A stretch of DNA of 63,679 nucleotides, filler included, from Phoronis australis (GCA_002633005.1; 10 parts of 10 records of this genome joined end to end with filler, not necessarily neighbours in it); one strand, 5' to 3'. Counted from the whole stretch's first letter, positions 26,243 through 39,316 are shown. Numbers and translations: made by a program. The notes: a model not told the origin generated them from the letters alone.

Positions 26243-27959
26243 GTGTGTTCATTTCTATGGTATAACGTTTTGCAAATGAGGTTTTAGCGTTGTGCCCTGA
26301 CAGCCGGTCTTATCCGGTGGATGTATGACCTGGGCAGGGACAATTTCAATACCACAACACCCTGCGTAATATTGGGACATTATTTTTTCATCGACCTAGT
26401 ATGATTGTATCTCGGTCCAACTAACGTAGGGATATAAAAATTAAGTCGACAATCACGCCTCGTTTTGTTCTGTCGTGTAATTTGCGTTGCATTTTGATTC
26501 GCACAACGACAATGGAGACCACTAACACTAATTTTCAGATTATTTGTCTGGTGCATATGTCGGTGACCAAACAACGAATTCCTCGTCTTACGAGGTCAAT
26601 ACGCCATTCTCAAAACGTGTATGTGGCTGACATTTCAACGCGAAGCTTAGCCAGCATAACACGGACCTCGTCTGGCTAGTCCTGCCCCTCGAGTTCGTGT
26701 ACCCAACTGGTTACTTTTCAAGGAACTTTTCGGTGCGTTCATGCATATATGGTCCAGAATGAGGTATCACTTAGTAAGCAAGGATCGACATAAGCGAGTA
26801 AACGCTTGAAATTAAGAATGGAAAAGGTAAAATAAAGTTGAACGTTGATTGAACATTTGGTCTCACTCGCCCCGCAAAGGACGCCGGACGGATGTTAGAC
26901 GGTTTTATCCTTGGTCATCACTTTTTACGAGGCCAAGAGTGTAAATATGTCGTCACACATGGGGACACATACTCGTATTTTACGTTTTCGTGGGTACCAC
27001 CTTCAGGACTGTGAAATGTGCGTCTGCGCCTTTGTAGTGGACTATTGTCTCGTTTTCTCGGACTTTTTGTTTCTCTGAGGCGGACCTTTTTGTCCACTTC
27101 GCCAAGAATTCCTCCCCCCGGGTGCGCGCATGGTTCATGTCGAACACTGCCTACTATGTGACACTATATTCGGGAACATAGATCAATTCATCAATGTAAT
27201 CAGTTATTAAAACACAGTTGGGGACGGGTGAGTGCGCGAGACCAATCCGGAGATCACCGAGTCGACACGGCGCCGGTAAAGGTAGGTGTTGCATAGAAAT
27301 AGCCTTCAGGAATTAGGTATATTTCAGGCAAGTCTTGACAGACAATGACACTGGCAACCAACAGGTAATCAATACTGGTGAATGTCTCGTTTAAAAAATC
27401 GTAACTGAAAAACAGTGTGGTTGCTTTCCGCCACTATTCTTCTAAATTTGTGAGCGATCTTATGTATTAGCTTTGAGACGGCTGATTCTTCAAATAAAGT
27501 CCCCCTTCACAAGGTTTTGTTAGCACGCAACAAATTATTATGGTTGCTGTCACCAAAATCTAGATTTATTAAACTTTTCGGGTTCACTTTGGTGTAATTT
27601 TTAAGTCAGCTAGAGATGCCGGCGAACTAAATTGCTGGTGATTTCGCCTCAGCAAAGTTGTCCCCAGCACCACAGAACTGGAGGAATGGAAAGCCATGCG
27701 TGACCCATGAGTTTTAGTGGCAGAGTTGTTGCGAAACCGAGATTTCACGGAACTAGGCGCGAAAGTTTGCACTGCGCATTCCCCAATTGTCCGCGGATCG
27801 ACTGATTTTTGATCGAGTATTGCAGTTATCTATTTTTAGACTTATTTCACTGCTTCCTTTTTATTTTGTCATTTTTGCTCATTATGGAATCATCAGGCGA
27901 GATTCTCGAGATAAACGCGATGAGCCCGTGAAACACGTTGAAATACGTCTTGTTTGCAG

Positions 27960-28101
27960 ATACATGTTTTGGATGCCGGATGTGGGACTGGGAATTACAG
28001 TGTGGAGTTACTACGTAGCGGTGTTGGCAAGGTTACCATGCTGGATGCCTCAGAGGGGATGCTTGACGCGGCGAGACGAAAGATGGTCGATTTTGGTGAA
28101 G
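27960..28101 (+). CDS. SAM-dependent methyltransferase, exon 2 (motif I)
   Basis: IHVLDAGCGTGNYSVELLRSGVGKVTMLDASEGMLDAARRK; ttgcag acceptor, gtgcgt donor. This frame is not in the ORF track. Confidence 0.9.
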
Positions 28102-28112
28102 GTGCGTTCAGA

Positions 28113-28310
28113 ATCTAGCCGTCCACCCACAGATTTACCTGAGACAAGTTACTCCAGGAACGAGTTGTCTCTAAGTTTGAGTGCTTAAACTAGCATATCT
28201 TACCCGACTTGTAACAACTTACACCGCAATATCGAGGTGGAGCAACTTGTTCTTGGGTAACTTGCGCCACTTGTAATCGCTGTGTGGCCCCGCAAAAATG
28301 GGGTGGGGCG
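28113..28310. repeat. Dispersed repeat family (copies at ~29810-30020 and, inverted, ~60870-60990)
   Basis: Shared caagttactcc...aacttgttct..ggtaacttgcgccact...tcgct.tgtggcc.gcaaaaatgggg. Confidence 0.7.
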
Positions 28311-29089
28311 GAAGTAATTGTCAGCTGCGGTTACATGCAGGCGGGTTTTCTTTTGCGCGTCGTATTGGCATTAGGTGTTCATTAATTGTCACGCACAGAG
28401 CGGCAAGTTCCGCCTTACCATATTTATCGGACTTGTGTGTGTCGACGCTCCACTTAAAAGTGGATAAGTTGCACTAGTGTGAGCTAGCTGTTTTAAAGGG
28501 TAGTTAATTGACGTATCGGCAGGATTTTGAGTGACGGCTTAACTGACCACTTAGAACTCACCATTCTTGACACACCTTCGTTTCCAAGCCGACATTTTAC
28601 CCGACAAACAACACGTTGCCGGGTAAAACTTATTATTTGTTAGTCAACATAACGCAAGGGGGCGGAGCTTGCTATGGGTTAATTGAAATCGCCATTGTTT
28701 TGTTTACATCAAAGGTCAAGGGTCACATTTTCCATATAAGGGAAATGTGCTACCTGTGTCTTACCCACAGACATCTTAATACAATAGTGTAATGTGTATG
28801 GTCTTTCCATACCAAATAAGGAGAAGTGCTTTGACGTGTGGGAGAAAAATCGACGAAGTGGAGTTTTTTGAAATTTGAAACTAAAGGAAAAATGCTTTGA
28901 CATCAACAGAAATTTATAACCTTTACGAACAAACTGTGAAACTACCTGGTGAACAGTTTGACTTCTGTTTCAATGGCAGAAAACCTCTTTGAATGATGCA
29001 ATTTAGTCTATTTTTCACGTTCTTGTCCACTTTAATGCTATGCTCCTTTCAGAGACTATACTGATTCTGGGGACCTATAATGCTTCCAG

Positions 29090-29232
29090 AACGTTACAAG
29101 ATTGTTCAATCGAATTTACCTGATCTCCCGTTTGACGACGACACCTTCGACGCAGTGATGTTCAATATGGTCTTGCACCACCTTGACGACGGAAGCGACC
29201 ATGAATTTAAGAACCACGTGAAGACATTTGCG
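29090..29232 (+). CDS. SAM-dependent methyltransferase, exon 3 (motif II); 3' exons missing
   Basis: ERYKIVQSNLPDLPFDDDTFDAVMFNMVLHHL; ttccag acceptor, gtaaga donor; Methyltransf_11/UbiE-like LPF..FD.V motif. Confidence 0.88.
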
Positions 29233-31062
29233 GTAAGAGAAGAACAAATTGCAGTTTTAGTTCTTTGAACTCAATACGCAAGATGTATGAAATCGACTTT
29301 ATATTTAACTTAAGCATGTGGCTTAGTTGTGTTATCCCGACCGAGCACATTGCTGACGGCATTCTCCATTTTGAGAGTCACATTGAAGTTAGCACACCGG
29401 TAGATATGAAACATCCGAGAGATAATTGAAGGCAACAAAAATACCTGAGATGTTTCGGATGCATTTGTGCATGTGAGAACTTCAGCCATACGGATAATCA
29501 TTCCCCTGAGTTTAAAAGTCACATTTTTGCCACCGTATCACTGAATTCCGCACATGCGCAGACTAACGTTCACCTTCGAGGGTGTCTCGAATACAACACT
29601 GCTCGTTCGTGTCACGGCATAAGGGGTGCAGAACTATCGTAAACTTTTGTTCTATCGGATTATGAAAGGTAGAGGTACACAGACATCATCGAGGTACCTG
29701 TTAAACAGAAGATGGACACCATTTCCCTAAGTTCACCTTCTCCACCTGCTAGGAGTCTTCGTTTTTAAACGCGAAGAGTCGGGAGCTGCAACCAGTTTAG
29801 TGACTCTAGGGTGCCGTCCACAAGCAGACTTAACCTGGAGCAAGTTACTCCTGGTACGAGTTGTCGCTTGGTTTGAGGGATGAGTGGGCGCTATTTAAAC
29901 TAGCGCAACTTATCTCACTTTAATTGTGACAACTTGACTCCATCTTTTCGAGGTGGGATAACTTGTTCTATGGTAACTTGCGCCACTCGTGATCGCTTTG
30001 TGGCCGCAAAAATGGGGTAACGACATTAGTTTTTGATTAAGGCCCAGTTGCTTTAAGTTATACGCTGTATAGCAACAATGACGTCGCATTATCACAAGCC
30101 ACGTTTGTTATTGTTGAATAATGCACCTGACGTCATGCAACAATCAAATTAATTTACCCAGCGGATAACTTTGACGGAAGTTTTATGCAACCCAGCCCAG
30201 GTGCATTATAGGACGCTAACGACGCACTTGATAACAATGTTTATGATCAACGTTTCGATTTAAAGCTAAAATCTTCANNNNNNNNNNNNNNNNNNNNNNN
30301 NNNNNNNNNNNNNNNNNNNNNTTAATTAATTAANNNNNNNNNNNNNNNNNNNNNNNNNNNNNNNNNNNNNNNNNNNNATATGTCCCGTTTATTCCACCAC
30401 TGAAGAACTTCAGAGCTGGGTCACTGAACTGGATATTTTTCCATAATTTGAAGATGGGCAACGAGAATGCAAAGCTGTTGGTCATGTTGTTATACCAGCA
30501 ACAGCGATTCCCCAGCTAGTCAATTAATATAGACGACACTTCCATTGCTCCAAAACACCAACCATCCGCCTTACAGAGTTCCAGTGCAACTATGAGTGCG
30601 GAGATAACAAACGACTGTTTGATGTTTTAGAACGTGAATATAAGCTTTTTACTCGCCAAGGATGCGGCAAATATTTATCTGAATGAGTTAAGAATGGATA
30701 GTTTAAATATTATTTGATGAAACGTGAGTGGGCTTAACAAAGGTTGACTGTTGGCTAAGCATAATTGGAGACGAAACACCTTCATTTTCGTCGCTTAAAC
30801 CGACAAGTGGAAAAGTGGGCGAAAAAGTAGGAAAGAAGATGTCTGTTCTGCATTTTACATTACTAATACGTTACTCGAGATTCAAAAGTTATGAAGCGAA
30901 TTGGGGAAAAGGACGGGTTTGTGACCCACAGGCTTTCCAGTCTATGGTTTGTTGCTTTAAATGTTACCAATTTTGTTGCGGAATAGCAGTTTCTGCCTGC
31001 CAACTACGCGAGCTGACATTCTAATGACATGACGTGGTTCACGATGGTACAGTATAACTCAC

Positions 31063-31238
31063 TTGAAGTCCCAACCGAATACTAGATTCTGCACCGCTGC
31101 ACTCGATGGAGATGTCGGGGGCTCCGCCTAATGACTCATTAATAACCTTCGTCAATTCATCTGTGTCACGTGAGTTAACCAGGACTATGGAGTCTGCTCC
31201 CATATGCTTGGCCATTTGAGGACGGTATTCTGACGTGT
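31063..31238 (-). CDS. SORD: Sorbitol dehydrogenase, internal exon (acceptor 31238 or 31242)
   Basis: DTSEYRPQMAKHMGADSIVLV...LGGAPDISIECSGAESSIRLGLQ; donor gtgagt. Confidence 0.8.
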
Positions 31239-31586
31239 CTGCCTCGTAAACAAGAGAGTTCATTTAAAAGTGATTGAATCCTACTTGTGACAAATGCTTT
31301 CGGTTCAGGTAAGCTAGTTTCTCTCAATTGGAATTGTGACACAACTTCCAATTGAACTGAAGAGATCAAATTTTGTTCGGAAGCACATTTCTCTTTACTT
31401 GTAAATGATCGACATGTTCTTCGTGGTTGTGAAAATAAAGAGCTATTATAGTAAGGAAATTTCGAAAACATTTTTGATTTTGTACAGATACGTGAAATAG
31501 TTTTAGGTTTTCGAACTGCTAAACAGTGAGTAATGCAATTTTCATTGTTTGCGCTTACGATTCAAGGTCTTACGTTTGGACTTCAC

Positions 31587-31770
31587 CGTCATGCACACTT
31601 TCTCAGCTCCCATCGCCTTCGCTGTCATTAAATTGACGAGTCCAATAGGGCCAGCCCCGCACACCAACACTTTGCTACCGATGGTCACTCCTCCTCGCCG
31701 ACATGCATGGACTGCCACACTTAAAGGCTCCAAAAGTGCCCCTTCGTCCAAGGTCACGTGGTCGGGGAGT
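31587..31770 (-). CDS. SORD: Sorbitol dehydrogenase, internal exon (NAD-binding GAGPIG)
   Basis: [56 protein letters not shown]. Confidence 0.92.
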
Positions 31771-32815
31771 CTGGTAAGAAATGAGAACCAATGACATGAC
31801 TGTTCATCCAGCTTACCTCAGAACACCGTATACCAGAAATGGATGATCGGATTCAAATGAAACTTTATAAGGTGCTATTGAAAACTGGGACATTTCTGAT
31901 TTTATGAAAAAATCAAGATACATAATTTGAAACACAATATAAAAAACTGATAGCATTTGAAACAAGTTTAATAGAAATCCCATGTGTTATTACTAAGTTG
32001 TACTAAAAGACATGCTACATAACTCTTTCGATAACAGCTGGATTTGCACAAATTCCATTTTATGAGGTAAACTCCGTAGTTTTCTAAATGTATGAATAAT
32101 TGTTCTTGCTGATTGGGTCTCTCGTATCCTTGGTTAACCAAATATCTAAGTGCTATAGGTAACAATTACTAGCCTTCTTATACGCCAACGTGGACAGAGA
32201 TATTTTCAGACTCAAAGTGCTTAAAACCACCAATTTCACATGAAAAGTACCAAAAACACAACCCCACCAGTCGATCAGCTCTCAAATTAGAAGACCATCA
32301 AGCACTCTCTGGCGATATGTTAAATAGCTAATCTCGAGTTTCACTGTACGAGCATTTATTGGTCGATACATACAACGTAGAATCGGGACAACCATTCAAA
32401 GTTTAGGGTTTAGTGTGAAAAGTAGTCAGATATTACCTCTCGTCTGCCCGCGGTCTATAGCAACAAAAAAATGACGAGACGTTGTGTTTGTGGTGGTTGT
32501 GACAACTCAGTATTTGCGCACCCAGTCACCTCTTTTCACTTTACCCGTGGATGTCGGAAGCATGGATATGACACAAGTTTGTACAATGAACTTGCGTGTT
32601 GCTGGACAAGACACACTGGAGCTGATTAAGTTTATACCTCACACTCACGTCTGCAGAGCTAAGTTACTGTCAATTAAAGTTGCCTTTCTTCTATTTTTTC
32701 GTATTTTGGAATATTGAATTCACAATTGTGGTATGCAGTCCTATGAAGGAAGGTTTAATTATGTTGACAATGTCAAGCCACAGGTCACCGGGGGAAGAGA
32801 ACAAACGGATCGTAC

Positions 32816-32973
32816 CAGGGGCGGATCCAGGATTTTGAGTTAAGGGGGCCAGGGCAGAGTATTAGCCAGGATTTTGCTTGTCAGACATTCTCACTCCGGA
32901 ACTGCCAAATGGAATCTGGGAGAATTTTAGGGGGGATCATGGCCCCCTTGGCACCCCTCTAAATCCGCCACCG
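32816..32973. mobile_element. Small hAT-like MITE
   Basis: caggggcggatcca / taaatccgccaccg ends; flanks cgtac / agtac. Confidence 0.6.
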
Positions 32974-33164
32974 AGTACACAACCTTTACTTTTAGCCGCT
33001 ATCCAATTTTGAATCGGGGCGTCGCAACGGCTTCGATCAAGAGTACGAATTTCAGAGCATAGTGACGCCGTTTATCATTGAAGCCAAGTGGCCATTTACG
33101 CTGTGTTACCACAAAGGCTTTTTGGCTAGCACTTGAACTATGGTCACAGTTTAAGGCTGCATAC

Positions 33165-33324
33165 TTGAAACACAAATCCGCATCATGGCAATGATAGCGT
33201 CGAAGACAGCCGTCTGTAGGTGGCGCAGAGCAGAACATGACATCATGACAAAGATTATACCGCCCGGCAAGGCACAACAAGCACATTCGGCATGGAATAC
33301 CAGGTTCTATGGCAACTCGATCAC
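33165..33324 (-). CDS. SORD: Sorbitol dehydrogenase, internal exon (structural Zn loop)
   Basis: GDRVAIEPGIPCRMCLLCLAGRYNLCHDVMFCSAPPTDGCLRRYHCHDADLCFK; ttttag acceptor, gtatgc donor. Confidence 0.92.
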
Positions 33325-33479
33325 CTAAAAACTAACCACAATTATATCTTGGTGATGAAAACGATTTGATGTAAAACGANNNNNNNNNNNNNNNNNNNNN
33401 NNNNNNNNNNNNNNNNNNNNNNNTTAATTAATTAANNNNNNNNNNNNNNNNNNNNNNNNNNNNNNNNNNNNNNNNNNNN

Positions 33480-34497
33480 ACACTTCATAGGATGAGCAAA
33501 GCATGTACTAAGTACTGTTGAGATAACCTACGGAGATCTTTGAAACTAACAAGTACAATCTCTGCAATATAAACAATACACTTTATACAATGAACATGTA
33601 ACAAATATACACACCCAAATAGTGTTACATGCAATCCCTGATTAGATCATCCATGAGATATAATGAATCCCTCCATGTAAACAATAACTCACAGGGTGAG
33701 CTAAATATTTAAAGTGCATTCTGGGCAGAGTCCCCAGAACTTCCATTGTTTCCAGCGGATGCTCTTATGTGCATAAATTACATGCCCACTGACCGCAATA
33801 GGCATGTTTAGCCTAAGGCAATGATCTTTATCTAATTATGGTCTTGCCTATGGATTGCCTGCCATCGTGTATCTTGGATTTCATCAAATTTTCAGTCTGG
33901 AAATCAAGGTAATTGAATTCTTCATAAAAAATAAAGATTTGCCTTATTTTGAACGGAAAATTTTGACCCAGAATTAAACGAAATATCCTTGTGAAAAGCA
34001 AACTTGAAGCTATGCCCTCTATGTGAAAGTAACTAGTACAAAAACAACTTTTCCCACAAGAATCAAACTCCGACATCCCAATGGGTCATGCCAACTTACC
34101 GTAAACTGGGTGCTTAAATTGGGAAACCCTGAGACAGGGGGGTGGGCGATTGCCCAAGCAGTGGGCGCTTAAACCAAAAATTGACCAAAAGTCGTGGATG
34201 AGTGATTACCCGGACATGGGTGTTAAATCACGAGTTCACGGTAATTGAGCTTGGTTTCAAGCAATATTCCACTCCAGGTCTCACCAACCCCAAAAATCTC
34301 TTATAATCCAGGTAAGGAAAAGATTTTATAAAAGTAAGCGCTAATTACTAACTTTTTACACTCACCATAAAGAAAACATAACTACGCGACCAATCACGGA
34401 TGTATACTATGTGACCACTCACTGATGAATACTATGTGACCACTCACTGATGTATACTATGTGACCACTCACTGATGTATACTATGTGACCACTCAC
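33480..34497 (+). repeat. ~1-kb near-identical direct duplicate of 36893-~37920
   Basis: Same sequence with scattered SNPs and a ~10-bp indel; includes a TA-flanked ccgtaaac...gttcacgg mini-MITE (34099-34241) and the 25-bp minisatellite. Confidence 0.92.
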
Positions 34498-34498
34498 N

Positions 34499-35095
34499 TT
34501 TGCCTCTACTGAGGAGAGGCCAGAGGACCTCGGAACGGAGGGGCATCGATTTTCAACGGTTACTTTTCCGGCAATAGAGGTTTCAATTGAGGAGGCGGAA
34601 TCTCAGGAAAATTCTCAGTTTTTCGGGGTAGGGCAAAGTCGTGCAAAGTTTTGCGCCGATTGATGAAAACTCAACCAATGATAGTCGGTTTTCTTTCTTT
34701 TTCTGTACTCAGAGAGGGCCAGAGGACCTAGGAACGGAAGCGTATCTGTTTTCAACGGTCAGTTTTCTGGCAATAGACGTTTCAATTGGGGAGGCGGAAT
34801 CTCCGGAAATTCTCAGTTTTCGGGGTAGGGCAAAGTCGTGCAAAGTTTTGCGCCGTTTGACGAAAACTCAATAAATGAAAGTCAGTTTTTTCGTTTTCTG
34901 TACTGAAAAAAGGCCAGAGGACCTAGGAATGGAAGGGCATCTATTTTCAACGTTTAGTTTTCCGGCAATAGACGTTTCAATTGAGGAGGCGAAATCTCCG
35001 GAAAATTCTCGATTTCCAGGGTAGGGCAAAGTCGTGCAAGGTTTTACGCCGATTGACGAAAACTCAACAGTTGAAAGTCGGATTTTTTTCTTTTT
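34499..35095 (-). repeat. ~198-bp satellite, 3 copies (reverse complement of the 56558-58538 family)
   Basis: ggccagaggacctaggaacgga...gattttcaacgg...gaggcggaatctccg...gtagggcaaagtcgtgc repeated. Confidence 0.9.
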
Positions 35096-35097
35096 CA

Positions 35098-35365
35098 CCC
35101 GCTGCAAACTGACTTCCTGTTCTGAACAAACGGTGCCAAATGACTACGTGTCGAGGTCACCCTCTGCCAACTGACTACCTGTCCAGGACACACAATGACA
35201 ATTGACTAGTTGTCCAGGACACCCGCTGCCAACTGACTACCTGTTCAGGACAAACGGTGCCAACTGACTACCTGTCCAGGACAACAGCTTCCAACTGACT
35301 ACCTGTCCAGGACACCTGCTGTCAACTGTCTACCTGTCCAGGATACAAGGTGCCAACTGACTACC
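35098..35365. repeat. ~32-bp minisatellite, ~8 copies
   Basis: Core caactgactacctgtccaggaca. Confidence 0.85.
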
Positions 35366-37801
35366 TCATAACGTGAAGTTGTCATGAGGACTCGAGTGGG
35401 ATCTCAGGGGTCTCACGCTCCACCGGCTTATCTACACTAATTTGAAAAGGCTTTGTCCAGTCACGCGTTGTGGCTCATAAATCGAGATAATGATACCAAC
35501 AGCTGACGCGTCAAGCAGAACTACTTTCGTTAACTTCATTGGTGCACTAACTGGAGAAATTGAGAATTAGACTTTTAAACACTATCCGATCGTCAACTTA
35601 TTTCGGGAGACTTAAATCTCAATGTAATTTGCACAGACGATGCGCGATTTTTAGAGGTGTATTGACGATGATCAACGATAAATAAGTAAATAAGTGCATA
35701 GTTGATCATCCAATCGGTAGTTTTTCGAGAAAGCGACGACCTTGCCGAAACTGAATAACGGAAACCCTTGAAAATCATTACAAGCGAGAAAGAGAAAAGA
35801 ACTATTTTCTGACGTTGAGGCTCAATAACTTTGACTAAACGAAACGTCGCAAATATGGTATGTTCGTTTTCTCTTGCGCGCTTGTAATCAGATTCCTATA
35901 ACTGTTATGGCCAAAAACCCAGTTTGGAAACATCTAGACTAAAATCTTGATGGTATCATATTTTGCCAGCGACCATACACGGTATAAAAATGGATGAAAA
36001 GCTGAATTAAGAAAAACTTGACTTGATGGAAGTCTCGTCATGGAACGCAAAAATATCACCATCATCTTCATGTCAAAATTGCCAACTAAAACTCGAGGGA
36101 GAGGGCACGAACCTTAAAATCCTGGTACGCGTTTTCGTTAACGAACTTCAAAAATAGAGCATGGTGGAGTGTTTGAAGGAGCCAAAATCCATCCAAGTCG
36201 AAGTGGCCATAACGGAGCGATATGGAGATTTAAAATGACGTGATTTATCCATTTTTTAATTTGCTGTGTACCTAAATTAACAGCCACAGAAAAAATGACC
36301 TACTGTACGATTTTCTGAAACATACCTCAGTGAAATTGTCAAAGAAAAAAGCGCCTCTTGCCACCTAAAACGGACAAAAACTACCAAAGTGCGCAACGCG
36401 TCGCTTGCATGAAAAAGTAACTCTTTCACTTGTTTTTTTGTGGTTAGACATGTGATGTGTACCCATATTTTTGGTCGTGGACCTCCAACAACGGGCTACT
36501 ACTTCAAATGTCACGTATATATTGCCGATGTACAAATTTAACTGCCCCACCGGTTCCCTGGGTTTCATGTTTTGTAATTCAAAATGATTGCATAAACTTG
36601 GGAATAAATGCGAGTTACAGGCACTGCGTTCACAAAGAGTAAGAAAACAAAAACCCAGCGGCATACGATCACCTCGCTTTGACAATGCATTGTGTGCATT
36701 CCACATAACAAGTAGGCCACTCTTCAGATTAGTGCTTTCGCAATGAAAATAAAAGTAAGATTTCCCAATAATGTAATATATATTGTACATGAGAATTTCA
36801 AACGTTAAAATGACTACTCTGTTGTTCATACTATGGGAAAAGCAATAAAGGACACAGGCACTAGCAATAATAAACTCTTCAGTATAAATGTTACACTTCA
36901 TAGGATGAGCAAAGCATGTACTAAGTACTGTTGAGATAACCTACGGAGATCTTTGAAACTAACAAGTATAAACTCTGCAATATAAACAATACACTTTATA
37001 CAATGAACATGTAACAAATATACACACCCAAATAGTGTTACATGCAATCCCTGATTAGATCACCCATGAGATATAATGAATCCCTCCATGTAAACAATAA
37101 CTCACAGGGTGAGCTAAATATTTAAAGTGGATTCCGGGTCTGAGAAAAGAGTCCCCAGAACTTCCATTGTTTCCAGCGGATGCTCTTATGTGCATAAATT
37201 AGATGCCCACTGACCGCAATAGGCATGTTTAGCCTAAGGCAATGATCTTTATCTAATTATGGTCTTGCCTATGGATTGCCTGCCATCGTGTATCTTGGAT
37301 TTCATAAAATTTTCAGTCTGGAAATCAAGGTAATTGAATTCTTCATAAAAAATAAAGATTTGCCTTATTTTGAACGGAAAATTTTGACCCAGAATTAAAC
37401 GAAATATCCTTGTGAAAAGCAAACTTGAAGCTATGCCCTCTATGTGAATGTAACTAGTACAAAAACAACTTTTCCCACAAGAATCAAACTCCGACATCCC
37501 AATGGGTCATGCCAACTTACCGTAAACTGGGTGCTTAAATTGGGAAACCCTGAGACAGGGGGATGGGCGATTGCCCAAGCAGTGGGCGCTTAAACCAAAA
37601 ATTGACCAAAAGTCGTGGATGGGTGTTTACCCGGACATGGGTGTTAAATCACGAGTTCACGGTAATTGAGCTTGGTTTCAAGCAATATTCCACTCCAGGT
37701 TTCACCAACCCCAAAAATCTCTTATAATCCAGGTAAGGAAATGGTTTTATAAAAGTAAGCACTAATCACTAACTTTTTACACTCACCATAAAGAAATCAT
37801 A

Positions 37802-37968
37802 ACTATGTGACCACTCACCGATGTATACTATGTGACCACTCACTGATGTATGCTATGTGACCAATCACTGATGTATACTATGTGACCACTCACTGATGTA
37901 TACTATGTGACCACTCATTGATGTATACTATGTGACCACTCACCGATGTATGCTATGTGACCACTCAC
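37802..37968. repeat. 25-bp minisatellite downstream of the TRIAP1 stop
   Basis: Unit actatgtgaccactcactgatgtat. Confidence 0.92.
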
Positions 37969-38232
37969 CTCAAAGTGGTAGGTCAACAGCACCTTAAGGG
38001 AAAATACTTAGAAACATAGATTGGAAAAAGACTGGGAAATAGGAAATTCAAATCAAGTCCACATTTTGACACACACAAGTTGTCCATGGATGGTACTACC
38101 TCATATAACCACAGCTCATGGATGGTACTACCTCAGATAATCACAGCCTATTCAACAAAACACTCCAGTAACGTGTTACCAACAAGTCAAGTTCTTTAGT
38201 CAGTCACTTCTGAACTATGTTGGTTGTTGTTG

Positions 38233-38355
38233 TTATTTCATTTTTACTCCATCACCTCCTTTGCTGTCCTTAAGGGTAGATTTTTTCTCCTTGTCAGTAT
38301 TTAAAACATCCTTTTCAATTTCCCACAGATTGATGCCTTTTTCTTTAATCGCTTT
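38233..38355 (-). CDS. TRIAP1: TRIAP1/Mdm35, exon 2
   Basis: KAIKEKGINLWEIEKDVLNTDKEKKSTLKDSKGGDGVKMK*; tttcag acceptor. KAIKEK continues the family consensus. Confidence 0.88.
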   Translation of the reverse strand, partial: KAIKEKGINLWEIEKDVLNTDKEKKSTLKDSKGGDGVKMK

Positions 38356-39157
38356 CTGAAATATTATAAATCAGGGCTTTAGTACCATTTGAAAGGAGTG
38401 GTTATAACACCAGTGCACAGAGGTTTTGTCTGTCTTCTCATCTTAGACCATCCTTAAAATATTTCTACAATTCTACCCCCACTCTTCCAAGATGGGTATG
38501 TAAGCCATGTCGTTGTCTAGTCTTACTCATTTTTATGCACAAGTATTTTGTTTCTACAAATAAGAAGAACATTCTTCTTGACTTCTATTAATATTGTTCT
38601 CAAAATGCTTCGAGTTGCATACATAGTTTATGGTCAATTCCATGCTCAGGTGAACCAGACTTATATAACTTTAATTCACACTTGATCCCTAACTTTACAT
38701 CAAATAAACAACTCCATTGATTGTGAATTTTTCCAATGAATACACAAGATTCATTGCAAGTACAAGCTAATGTCTTACGTTCCATCATTTCTATGGAATT
38801 TGAATGCAGCCCATCATCCAGATTAAATACAATAGTATATGTTGTTGCTATGCTGACCACATTTTGCAGTCTTGGAAACACGGTTGAGTTCTAAAAACGC
38901 TAGTGTCTCACAAAGAATAAAGATGTTGCAATGTTCCACCAGATATCCCGATGTATTTGGCCACGAGACAGTTATTCAACTTATCCGTCTCAACCCAGGT
39001 CCAAGATCAAATCTCAAGACAGGAGCTAGCCTCAATAGCTTCGCTTGAGCATTTGACACATCTCGTGAGTCATGCATCAATGCATGATCTTGCTTTTCTC
39101 AATGTTCTCACATCTACAGAACAGACGCCCAATTACATGTGAGACTGGGATACTTGC

Positions 39158-39316
39158 CTTCACACAATCTTGGTAAACTTTAAACAAAGGGGCACATGTG
39201 TCTTCTCGAGAACCCTTTAAAAAATTGTCTGTGAACCATTTGTGAAAACAAGCATCATATTGGTGCTTTAGCTCTTGGCATTCCGGACTAATGCTCTGCA
39301 TCTCTGATTTCTTCAT
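39158..39316 (-). CDS. TRIAP1: TRIAP1/Mdm35 twin-CX9C mitochondrial IMS protein, exon 1
   Basis: MKKSEMQSISPECQELKHQYDACFHKWFTDNFLKGSREDTCAPLFKVYQDCVK with two CX9C motifs; donor AAG|GCAAGT. Confidence 0.93.

Noticed and set aside
36365-36901. 178-aa minus-strand ORF, the longest in the track (also 22269-22700)
   Set aside because: No recognisable domain, AT-rich low-complexity composition, non-ATG or poor start and no splice support.
33480-37920. 1-kb direct repeats as LTRs or a real segmental duplication
   Set aside because: No TG..CA ends, PBS or gag/pol between them. The first copy sits at a contig edge, ends at a single-n join inside a minisatellite and differs by allele-level SNPs, so it is most likely an uncollapsed haplotype.
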